A stretch of 64,000 bases of DNA from Fistulifera solaris (lineage: Eukaryota): contig AP026142.1 in NCBI GenBank assembly GCA_030295235.1, positions 434,001 to 498,000 on the forward strand, read 5' to 3'. A model generated the notes under the pieces. It ran no database searches. It was not told the DNA's origin and saw nothing but the letters and a program-made list of their open reading frames with translations. The position numbers were made by a program, and so were the translations under genes. Shown here piece after piece: positions 1-11,175 of the stretch. How positions within the stretch are numbered: the stretch's first letter is position 1; every line of letters starts with the position of its first letter.

Positions 1-59
1 CGCTCACATGACTGGTGAATTGCCATTTTTCGTACATTGTTTGACGTACGCTAATTGTT

Positions 60-320
60 GCTGTTCGGGGATTTGCTGGATCAAATACTACTCACACACA
101 TCAGCATGACCGCCGGTCACATACAAAGTATTCCCGAGGCGTCGTACCTGCTGCCGCTCAATACAAGAGTGTAGCCCCATCCCGCGCGGCTGCATTCTGC
201 ACCGACAATCCCAACCGTAATATCAGCGTCTCTACGCTTTCGAAATCGCTCAATGCAACAAAGTCGCCCCCTGGTAGTCACGTTCGTGTAGATTGGCGCC
301 GTTCTGATAATACCTTACTG
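60..320 (-). pseudogene. Degenerate ankyrin-repeat gene fragment
   Basis: Minus-strand translation gives NGANLHERDYQGATLLH*AIS and, after a frameshift, AAARDGATLLY*AAAG. Both match the ankyrin G-x-T-P-L-H-x-A motif but contain stops. Boundaries approximate. Confidence 0.5.
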
Positions 321-899
321 TATAGTGATTCGATGAGTTGTGCGGCTTACCTTTTACCGCACGTGATGATGTTGTCGGTTGCGTCGGCTGTTGCATTCGA
401 GGCGGATCATGGTCCGCTGTAAACCTTAATTGCGTACAAAATCGGGGCTTACTGCGGCTGGCTGGGGCTCTTAACAACGGAATGAATTATTGCCGTCCTA
501 CAAACGGAATCTGCATAGCGTGAAACGTAAAAAGGGCGCCAGATGTTTAGCGTGACACGTGAAACGGCGCCAGACCAGCCCAGATCGGTACTCATCCGAA
601 ATTTGGCGAGACGAAGCATCACAGCGCATCGCACCCTTCATCGTTGTTTACATCGAAGTCACACCCGTTTCCCACCCTGCAACGCGAAACACATTCCGTT
701 CATCTGCTAGAAAGCAACATTATTCAGTCAACCATCTTTCATTGATCAACTACAGTTATCCTCGTCAATACATCTATCTTACTTTGCGACATTGCCAGGC
801 CGAAATACGTCATTCTTACAACAATATGTTGACACCATCAACGACTGGAAGAAAAGTCACAATCGATCACCTACCAAACTACGACAACATTGCTTTGGG

Positions 900-2604
900 A
901 TGACTTCTGGATTGATTGCACTTGCGATTGGAATAGCAGGGCTGATGGCAGAAGCATCGTTTGCTAAGAGCCCGCGGTGGCTGCATATCGCTTTCTTGCA
1001 ATTCCTTTATTTAGCCATCGCAATTTTCCTCCAGTTTATGCATTTGGGCGCAATTTGGATGGTGAAAGGTTTCCCTTTATCACTCCAAAGCAGACCGCAT
1101 TGTTCCCAACGACTCTACTTGGCTTATGTTATGGCGGGTATCTTCTCATGGTCGAGATGTATGCCGTTCCAGCGCTCGTCTTCAGCTGGGCGTCTCTTAA
1201 CTTGATCTTCATGCAAGCTCTGAGTACTTACCTGGAGCGATTGTTGGGGCTTGGTTTGCTGCTTTCCTTTCTGTACTCAGTCTTGCGATTGATCGTCAAA
1301 CTGTACGCAGTTAAACTGGCATATCAGTTCCGCGCTCAGGATCTCGAAGAGGTGATGAAAAAACTTGTCGTCATCCTCAAGCTGTCTCAATCAAAGAGCT
1401 TTGGTGATCTTACTGAAGAGAACATAGACAATTGTAGACTGCTACTCAAACAAATAGAAGAGCAACCTTCTGAACGAGAGCAACCTTACATTGATGTTAC
1501 AGTCCGAATTCTGTGTTTGATTCAAGCCTCCTTAGAGCTACTACTAACGAAAATTTGTACACCGGCCAAGGAGATCCACAAGCGTTTACTTGCTTCACAA
1601 TTGGGAGATGAGGAAGCGACAACAAACACTGTCAATATCTTCAAGTATGCTTCTCTTGTTGGTCGCAAAGAAGCCAAAGAAGCCATCAAGCTGTTTCGCC
1701 CATGTCCAAATGGAGATATTTCTGCCCTAGACTTTATTGAGAAAGTCGAGTCAGTCTATAAGGATCTCGATCTTATCATGCAACAAACTGAATCTGTCTC
1801 ACATCTTGTTTTTCAGCATCAGAACATGATGTACTTTACTTTTGGTGCAGTTGCTGTCATTGCGGTCGCTTCACTTCTCTTTGTTCCCACAATTATTGCT
1901 CTTGTCATCGGCAGTGTATTGGGTGCTTGCGCTTTGTCAATTCCTGAGCACTGGATGGGGTTTTATTGCAAAGATGCCCTGACTATTATTGAACGCCAAA
2001 CTCTCCGCATCGGTGAAGTGGTGAAAATAGATTCTTCTGATCCCTTGTTCTCGTCAAAATCAAAATCAAAGTTATGGCTGGTAAAGACATTTGATTTCAA
2101 GCATACTAATCTTGTCAACCTTGGTGATCAGTCAATTAAGAATTGCCCGAACAATGTTCTTGCCAATTGCAGCACTGAAAACATGAGTCATGACAAAGCA
2201 AACTATCGTATTCTGTTCAAGGCCCGTGTTGGTGATATTGGAGTCGAAGCATTCAAAGCACTCATAGAAAAGATTTGTGATTATGCAATTCAGACCAGTG
2301 AATGGAAGCCCGTGAATACGTTCATAAATGAAAATCCTGTCGATACTATTGATGCACAAGGTTTTGCAGAATATCACATTGAGCTTCAGTAAGTCCAAGA
2401 CATGAATAGCCGAATTATAAAGTGCATCTGCTTATTCTGACATACAATCCCATTCGCAGACACCGCAAGTCATTGCGAAACCGCGACCTGCTCTTGAAGG
2501 GTCAAGCTGACCTCGAGAGCTACTGTACAAGTCTCCAAAATGACATGGAAGCAACGCATGGTCCTCAAAGCATTAGCATTATCTTTTCTTCAGTACTAGA
2601 CTGA
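900..2604 (+). CDS. MscS-like (MSL) mechanosensitive channel, divergent; start uncertain, frameshift near 1065
   Basis: Several TM segments, an EF-hand-like FRPCPNGDISALDF, the beta-domain LRIGEVVKID...WLVKTFD and C-terminal GFAEYHIELQ/HRKSLRN...QADLESYC. The last two parts are joined by a GT-AG intron at 2389-2459. The N-terminal TM part is in ORF 792-1205. Confidence 0.7.
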
Positions 2605-3152
2605 CAAGCGGTGTTACTTTGTAGCCCAGCTCCTTAGATTTAGACCTTCATAAGCATAGAAAGCAGTCCACCATACATTATTAACACACCAGCCCCCTCC
2701 GCACTACATAAGGGCAGAGGGCAGCTGTATGTGTCCCAGTAGACATTGTAAGGTATTGTTCGTTGACAAAAAATGTTTTGAGGCCGATGCTCTCAATCGT
2801 ATCGCAAACCGCATAATAAGGAGGCTCCATGTGATAATCGAAAAAAAGTCTCCTGACTCGTGATTCTTTTATAGAAAATGAATAGGCCGGGCCAGTATAG
2901 GGTCGCGTTATTGCAGTGGTCGTGTCTGTCATCTTTTCGTTCAACTTCAGCTGAGAACATCCTCTGCAGGGTATAACACTATTAAAAGTACCAATTGCAC
3001 CTCTAAACTCTTATTTCACTACCAACAGCATCGAAGAAGTTTCAAATCATACTCGTTTTTCAATACGTCTGTTAGTACAGTACAGCAAGATCTTTCGCAA
3101 AATTGAACGACTCTGGCAGGGGACGGTGACCTATTTGAGCACCGAGAGTCAT

Positions 3153-4237
3153 CTAATGCACGCGAGCACTTCCGCTGTCGTTAAAGGTGCATTGTGGATT
3201 GTCAAAAAGATGCAGGGCAATCGACGATCTTTGAAATGCACGACCGGAAAGGGAGCTCGTTCGGCCGCAAATTTCTTGTCGTACTTGTGCTGCGAAGTAT
3301 GGTAGCCATAGCTTTGGCGGCTCGACGACGATGACGCGAAACGAGCGTTTCACCCTGCGGTAATGCCATTGTATTGATTGTGTATCAATGGTACCCTCCA
3401 ATTCATAATAATTCACAAGATACACAGCATGTTCCCAGCATCCACTACCGCCTCGTCGGCAAAAAGAACGACAACTTTGAAGTCCAAGCAGACAGCCACT
3501 GATGATATCGGGACGACATCCAATACAAGGTACGCGGCTGTGATTTCAATCTATCCCTCAAATATAGCGACTGTAATAAAGACTTTTAGACAACGCCTTG
3601 AGCACCCCCTTGCCGTTGAAGTGTTCAAAATGGGTGCAGTAAAAGTCAAAATAGGTGACACGGTAAACGTTCTTCGTCTTGAAATAGGCACTCTTTTCAA
3701 TCGGATCTATCTCAACTAAGTCACCAAGCTCATTAGGACGGAGCCTGTGATAAAACAGAATCCGTTTGAGCCAAAGAGAGAAAGACGAAGATACAGAACG
3801 TTGCAGAGAAGGTAGTATTGCCATCTGCACAGAGGGAGAGCCATATGACAAAAGCGAATCAGTTCAAGATGCTTAGCACTTGTCCGAGCGGAACTTCACG
3901 GCGTCTTGTCGACCACAAGAAGAGGCTGGCAGAGTTTGCGGAGGCCGTGTCTGTCATCATCGTCGCTTTCGTTTGCACCAAGTTACGAGCTAGCGCTTGC
4001 GATGCGAACGGTTGCTCGCAAAAGATTATAACACATTTGAAGACTATCGTTGATCGCACGAGTGATGTTTGCAACGCAAGAGTAGCGCTGTTTGCAAAGT
4101 GATAATGACATGAATGGATTGCAATTTATTTTGCGTTGCAGGCGGTGCGAAGACACATAATATAGAAGCACACTTAACATCCAAACTGACTTCAAATGCA
4201 TTTTGTATAAGAAAATTTGATCCAGTGTTGGCGGTAA
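3153..4237 (-). pseudogene. Decayed MscS-like paralogue (3' part only), abutting the retrotransposon
   Basis: Fragments ILFYHRLRPNELGDLVEID...YRVTYFDFYCTHF (MscS beta domain, cf. RPYxxGDxxxID) and LVNYYELEGTIDTQSIQWH, broken by stops and frameshifts. Confidence 0.5.
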
Positions 4238-4315
4238 CGAAATAACCGAGTGTAGTACAGACGGAGAAGCCTCTGTGGTAGATGTAACATGTATAACACT
4301 TTTAGTCATAATTTT
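4238..4315 (+). repeat. 5' terminal direct repeat (start of 5' LTR)
   Basis: CGAAATAACCGAGTGTAGTACAGACGGAGAAGCCTCTGTGGTAGATGTAACA...CTTTTAGTCATAATTTT matches 13819-13887 apart from a 9-bp insertion and two substitutions. Confidence 0.85.
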
Positions 4316-5347
4316 TTTACACCACTGCCTTATTACGGGTTAAAAACCAGGGTTTAGCAATGAATCCCTCTGAAATGATGAAAAACACAGGAAAACAATG
4401 GTAATATCGTAAGAGTAATGTTCCTTATGTATGTGTTACTAACTGTTGGGCTTGAGTGGTCAAAGGAGATGATCTCGGCGTTGTCGGAAGTCGACAATTG
4501 TCCACATGAAACTGTGAGATCATGACCTTATGTATAGGTCGACCCCATGGAGTCATCGTGTTAATCATATGTCTTGATTAGATGGCTGGGTTTGTGAGGT
4601 AATTAGCACTTATGAAGCACCGTTGCTTTCCTTTATTGGCAGTTCTGGCTCTGTCAATGGATGCATCGGACCACAGTGATTGTGTCACTTGTTGGTAAAA
4701 TATGGGGGACGCCTCGTATACATGCTAATACACCTTTAATGCTAGAATATATAAATGAGTGAATTACGCACTTAATTGTTTGAAAGTCCTCATGTTGGAG
4801 GGATGTTCTTCCTCCAGAGGCGGTCAAAGCACAACATCGTCTTTTCGAGAGACATCTTTTCGCGAGAAGTATTGCGCATGTGAAATCGTGTTGTGAGTGT
4901 ATTTTGGCCTATCCGAGGTCTTGCCCAATACTATTATTTTAGGCCGACCTGTCTTCTCGTTAAGAACGGATTCTCTACTTGAATAGAGTTAAGACGATTT
5001 CCTGTATGGGCTAGTGTGTAGAATGTCTTACGGTCACAAGGGCATTTTTGCGCTGTGCACTTGGAGTTCCCTACAGTCAACGACACTCTCGAAAAGGAGA
5101 AAAAGGGATCGGAATTTCAAGGAGACGATGTTCCGACGCCAATTCCACAAAAGCAAAAGACAAGTCGTTTTCGTCTTAACCTCTAACACAATTTTCCGAG
5201 TTGTGAACTTTCTCACTTTTCTTCTTGTTTACCATGGCAGCCAATCTTGCTGCATTCAACAACTACCTCCGTGATGTCCTCCTTATTGAGGATGCTGCAG
5301 CTCGTCAGGCTATCAATGGCCAAGGCATTACTGCTTTTGACGACTTG

Positions 5348-5901
5348 TGACAGATTCTGGCGAACCAACAACGCGTGATCCAGTCCAGAACGAAACAACA
5401 ATCAACCAGTGAAACGATCAAAACAAATGGTAGCGACAACAAAAGGATATTAATTGTGACGGTACCGTATCGTTGCAGAGCATGCCAACTTGTCAACTCA
5501 GTCCAGTGTGCCAGTGGACCTTTACACGGATGAAAACTCGACAAGTCGAAGTCGTTCAATAAATACAGTCAATCAATTAATGAGCTTATTTGCTACCTGG
5601 ATCGCTTCAAAACCACAGACAATAGGTTTTCCTGCAATAAGTCTTGTATTATGTTCTTTCTCTCTTTCTTTTGTCCATGTGCCAATTACATGTTTCATAT
5701 GCTTCTTGAATTCAAATAAAGTGAAGCCGTTGCTCTTTTTCTCAAATCATGGCAAGGAGACTGGAAATACAACTCCGTTCGTCCATATCATAAATCATCT
5801 TCCAATGTCATCCGGTACTCCATCCGTCACTCCCCGTTCTTCATCCTCTTATCCATCCTACCGGTACCCCAACAGTACTCTATCCTATCTCCAATCTGAT
5901 A
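5348..5901 (-). mobile_element. Solo LTR (554 bp) of a different element inserted in gag
   Basis: 5-bp TSD ACTTG at 5343-5347 and 5902-5906, with imperfect terminal inverted repeats TGACAGATT...AATCTGATA. Removing it restores gag ...AFDDL/THRSDKYVQEIF. Orientation is inferred. Confidence 0.8.
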
Positions 5902-6542
5902 ACTTGACGCACCGGAGTGATAAGTATGTTCAAGAGATCTTTACAAAGATTCGAAGCCCTGGGGGTTTGATCCCAAACCCAGCCTTTGTCCCTCCTGCGG
6001 TTGGAGTGGAGGCTGCACCGTTGGTACCTGCGATGATCCCAAACTGTGGTATAGCGATCGGAGTCAATCTTGAGCTCTGTGTTTGTCAGCTTTGTTACTT
6101 CCTTTTCCACTTGCACCGCTTGCAACGCGACTTTGTTCCTGTCTTTGCTACTCTTGCTTGATTGGAACGCGCTTAGAATCTGCGTGAGCGTATTCACCGC
6201 ATGCGTGAGGCCAACAAAGATCTTCCGATGATCGATGTGTTGATGAAGGTGGAAAATGTTAGGAAGATGGTTGAAGATATTGATGAGGTACTTGGCAATC
6301 ACCTTGGAGCTTATGGTGCGCCTTTGTTGTATCTTGTTCGGGAACATGTTGATCCCAATGAAGTTGAAGATCCAGGTTTCGGTGTCCCTGATGCAATGTC
6401 GAACTTGTTCGTCATACTCGCCATGATGGAGACCAGTTTGAGGAAGATAATATGATGCTATGGAGCATTATTTGACAGGTTTCCCACGGTGGACCCGCTT
6501 GGAATTGGGTTAAGCCTTTTGCTTACAGTAAGGATGGCCGCG

Positions 6543-9500
6543 CTGCTTATTTTGCCTTGAAGCACCATTATATGGGGCGTTCTTTTCAGAAGTGCAACAT
6601 TGCTCAAGCTGACCGAGTCCTTCAGACAGTCTTCTATGATGGAAAGGCGTAACTATTCCTTTGAAGATTACTGTCAGAAGCTTAACTTGGCTTTCTTGGA
6701 CTTGGAAGAGGCTGGTGAGTTGGTGACGGAAGATAGAAAGGTGCGAATCTTTCTTGAAAACATTCGGGCAGAAGAGTTAAAGATGAGTGTTGCAGCCCAA
6801 GCTGATGCTGTGTTGGAAAGTACCTTCGAAAATGCAATGAACTACTTGGCTGAGCAGGTCGATAAGAAGAAGCAGGCCGCTGCAAAAGCCCGTGGTTCCA
6901 CTCGCAATATTTCTTCAGTTACTAGGACTTCTGGCAGCAGTAACAACAAGAAAGGTGGCGGCAAAGCTGGGAAAGGAAAGGGTGGTAAAGCAAAGAAAGG
7001 CAAGGATGGTGTCCTGTACTATAAATGGAAGGAGTGGATCAAGTTGCCAAAGGAGAAACAGGAAGAAGTTCGCAACGCTTCGTGAGAAAGCTAAATCCGA
7101 GACACGAAATGCCTCAGCTGTTGAGACGGCTGATTCTGATAGTGATGATGTAGTTGAGACAACAGGTGATTGTATGAGTCAAAGACCTTCACTGTCGGTG
7201 CAGCGGATTGCGGCGGCATTGCAACAGCAAGCTTCTGGGAGAGCTGAATTGGACTTGCACTGTGATACTTGCTCGTTTGGTAAAGATGCGGTTCTCGTGT
7301 ATGATACCGGCAAAACAGTTTTGGTCGAACCATTCATTAGTTCTCTTGGGAAAGTAACCAAAGTTCCCATTGGTACTGTTGCAGTTGCATATGATTACCC
7401 CATGACGCTGCAAACCTACATTTTGTTCTTTCACCAGTCACTCTATTTCTCAAACATGCATCGACACTTGATCAGCCCTGCCCAGCTTTGTCATAACCAA
7501 GTGGTTGTGACTGAAACTCCTCTCCTACACCTACCTCCAGAACAACATCGTCCGGAGAGCCTTTCTATTCTGTTTTCTGATCCATCTTTCCAGATCCCTT
7601 TGAAACTTAAGGGGACTATCTCATATTTCCCTACTCGCCGACCGACCAACAAAGAATTGAACTCGGACGCTGACTGCATCCATGTAAACGTCACCTCCGA
7701 AGTCTTTCTGGGATCCCATGGATTCCAACCACGCGCATGATGAGGACTCATTGCGTGTCTCCCTTGACTCTGAGATTCGTTTTAGGGGGGACAGAGGATG
7801 CTTGGTTCTGTTACGAGTGAGCGCCGTTTGTTCCGCCAGCTCGTTCAATAGCAGTGATTTCTGCTGAGCGCGGATCGGCAGCTTTTGACATTGATTCATA
7901 CACTGCTTCCCTTACCAGTGCTACAATCTCAACGAAGAATTGGAAAGCATATGTCACACCCAAAGACTTAGCAAAACGATGGAGTATAGGGATTGAGACG
8001 GCTAGACGAACGCTCCAGCACACGACGCAACGAGCAATTTGGGACTTCTCGACAGTCTCAGGAACACGTCGTCTCAAACCATTTGCGTACCAGCTGCGTT
8101 ACCCTCGACTTATTACGGAGATGTACTGTGACATTTTGGTTGGTACATGTGTCTCATTGTTGGGTAATAAGTATGCAGCAGTGTATTGTACGCCCTTCCA
8201 CTGGATATGTGTGGACCCGATCAAAAGAAAAGCGATGCTCATTATATGCTTGATAACTTGTTTTGTCGAGTCCGTGTCCCTCACACTCTTATTCCAGACA
8301 ATGCCGGAGATGTGACAGCAGGAGAGTTTAAGCAAAAGGCACAGCGAGCGCAAGCGACCATTAGGCCGTTCGAAGCACACACATTCCCAACGCTAATCTC
8401 GCTGAAGACGGCATTTGTGAATTGAAAAGGATGTATAGGCGTGCTATGATTCGCACGAACTCCCCACGTTGTCTATGGGACCTATGTTTGGTCTACCACG
8501 CGTATGTTTGATGTCACTCCTGTCTTTCTATAAGACAGTTGGATGGTGAGGTACCGCAGACACTGTTGACAGGGGACACCGCCGATATCTCCCACATTTG
8601 TGAGTTCGGTTGGTATGATTGGGTTTGGTATATCTCACCTCAAGAGCATCTTGGAAGATACCTTGGTCCCAGTTTTGATGTCGGCAATGTCCTATGTGCT
8701 AGGATTCTACCCGCTTCTGGACGACCGATATCCCGTACGAGTGTTTTCCCTTTGTCAGTTGAGGAGCAGAATAGCCAGGCCGTTGCTGAATTAAAAGCAA
8801 AGTTCACAGAGACGTTGGAGCAAAAGCTAAAGGATCGTGCCCAGAAGATGAGCCTACTGCTTATTTTGCCTTGAAGCACCATTATATGGGGCGTTCTTTT
8901 CAGAAGTGCAACATTGCTCAAGCTGACCGAGTCCTTCAGACAGTCTTCTATGATGGAAAGGCGCGTAACTATTCCTTTGAAGATTACTGTCAGAAGCTTA
9001 ACTTGGCTTTCTTGGACTTGGAAGAGGCTGGTGAGTTGGTGACGGAAGATAGAAAGGTGCGAATCTTTCTTGAAAACATTCGGGCAGAAGAGTTAAAGAT
9101 GAGTGTTGCGCGCCCAAGCTGATGCTGTGTTGGAAAGTACCTTCGAAAATGCAATGAACTACTTGGCTGAGCAGGTCGATAAGAAGAAGCAGGCCGCTGC
9201 AAAAGCCCGTGGTTCCACTCGCAATATTTCTTCAGTTACTAGGACTTCTGGCAGCAGTAACAACAAGAAAGGTGGCGGCAAAGCTGGGAAAGGAAAGGGT
9301 GGTAAAGCAAAGAAAGGCAAGGATGGTGTCCTGTACTATAAATGGAAGGAGTGGATCAAGTTGCCAAAGGAGAAACAGGAAGAAGTTCGCAACGCTTCGT
9401 GAGAAAGCTAAATCCGAGACACGAAATGCCTCAGCTGTTGAGACGGCTGATTCTGATAGTGATGATGTAGTTGAGACAACAGGTGATTGTATGAGTCAAA

Positions 9501-11175
9501 GACCTTCACTGTCGGTGCAGCGGATTGCGGCGGCATTGCAACAGCAAGCTTCTGGGAGAGCTGAATTGGACTTGCACTGTGATACTTGCTCGTTTGGTAA
9601 AGATGCGGTTCTCGTGTATGATACCGGCAAAACAGTTTTGGTCGAACCATTCATTAGTTCTCTTGGGAAAGTAACCAAAGTTCCCATTGGTACTGTTGCA
9701 GTTGCATATGATTACCCCATGACGCTGCAAACCTACATTTTGTTCTTTCACCAGTCACTCTATTTCTCAAACATGCATCGACACTTGATCAGCCCTGCCC
9801 AGCTTTGTCATAACCAAGTGGTTGTGACTGAAACTCCTCTCCTACACCTACCTCCAGAACAACATCGTCCGGAGAGCCTTTCTATTCTGTTTTCTGATCC
9901 ATCTTTCCAGATCCCTTTGAAACTTAAGGGGACTATCTCATATTTCCCTACCTACCGACCGACCAACAAAGAATTGAACTCGGACGCTGACTGCATCCAT
10001 GTAAACGTCACCTCCGAGTCTTTCTGGGATCCCATGGATTCCAACCACGCGCATGATGAGGACTCATTGCGTGTCTCCCTTGACTCTGAGATTCGTTTTA
10101 GGGGGACAGAGGATGCTTGGTTCTGTTACGAGTGAGCGCACGTTTGTTCCGCCAGCTCGTTCAATAGCAGTGATTTCTGCTGAGCGCGGATCGGCAGCTT
10201 TTGACATTGATTCATACACTGCTTCCCTTACCAGTGCTACAATCTCAACGAAGAATTGGAAAGCATTTGTCACACCCAAAGACTTAGCAAAACGATGGAG
10301 TATAGGGATTGAGACGGCTAGACGAACGCTCCAGCACACGACGAACGAGCAATTTGGGACTTCTCGACAGTCTCAGGAACACGTCGTCTCAAACCATTTG
10401 CGTACCAGCTGCGTTACCCTCGACTTATTACGGAGATGTACTGTGACATTTTGGTTGGTACATGTGTCTCATTGTTGGGTAATAAGTATGCAGCAGTGTA
10501 TTGTACGCCCTTCCACTGGATATGTGTGGACCCGATCAAAAGAAAAGCGATGCTCATTATATGCTTGATAACTTGTTTTGTCGAGTCCGTGTCCCTCACA
10601 CTCTTATTCCAGACAATGCCGGAGATGTGACAGCAGGAGAGTTTAAGCAAAAGGCGCAGCGAGCGCAAGCGACCATTAGGCCGTTCGAAGCACACACATT
10701 CCCAACGCTAATCTCGCTGAAGACGGCATTTGTGAATTGAAAAGGATGTATAGGCGTGCTATGATTCGCACGAACTCCCCACGTTGTCTATGGGACCTAT
10801 GTTTGGTCTACCACGCGTATGTTTGATGTCACTCCTGTCTTTCTATAAGACAGTTGGATGGTGAGGTACCGCAGACACTGTTGACAGGGGACACCGCCGA
10901 TATCTCCCACATTTGTGAGTTCGGTTGGTATGATTGGGTTTGGTATATCTCACCTCAAGAGCATCTTGGAAGATACCTTGGTCCCAGTTTTGATGTCGGC
11001 AATGTCCTATGTGCTAGGATTCTACCCGCTTCTGGACGACCGATATCCCTGCACGTAGTGTTTTCCCTTTGTCAGTTGAGGAGCAGAATAGCCAGGCCGT
11101 TGCTGAATTAAAAGCAAAGTTCACAGAGACGTTGGAGCAAAAGCTAAAGGATCGTGCCCAGAAGATGAGCCTACT
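6543..11175 (+). repeat. Tandem duplication of ~2.3 kb (gag C-term, protease, integrase core)
   Basis: Unit 1 (~6543-8858) and unit 2 (~8857-11175) are near-identical. The junction GAGCCTACT/GCTTATTTTG has 2-bp CT microhomology. Confidence 0.95.

Noticed and set aside
2681..2944. 87-aa minus-strand ORF between the MscS-like genes
   Set aside because: No recognisable motif and a non-ATG start; cannot be assigned.
4793..5188. Candidate second solo LTR (TGTTGGAGG...CCTCTAACA inverted ends)
   Set aside because: The flanks CCTCA and CAATT give no TSD; it may simply be the end of the element's own 5' LTR.
5189..5233. Primer-binding site before gag
   Set aside because: No TGG-starting tRNA 3'-end complement, and only a vague resemblance to half-tRNA-Met sites; not supportable.
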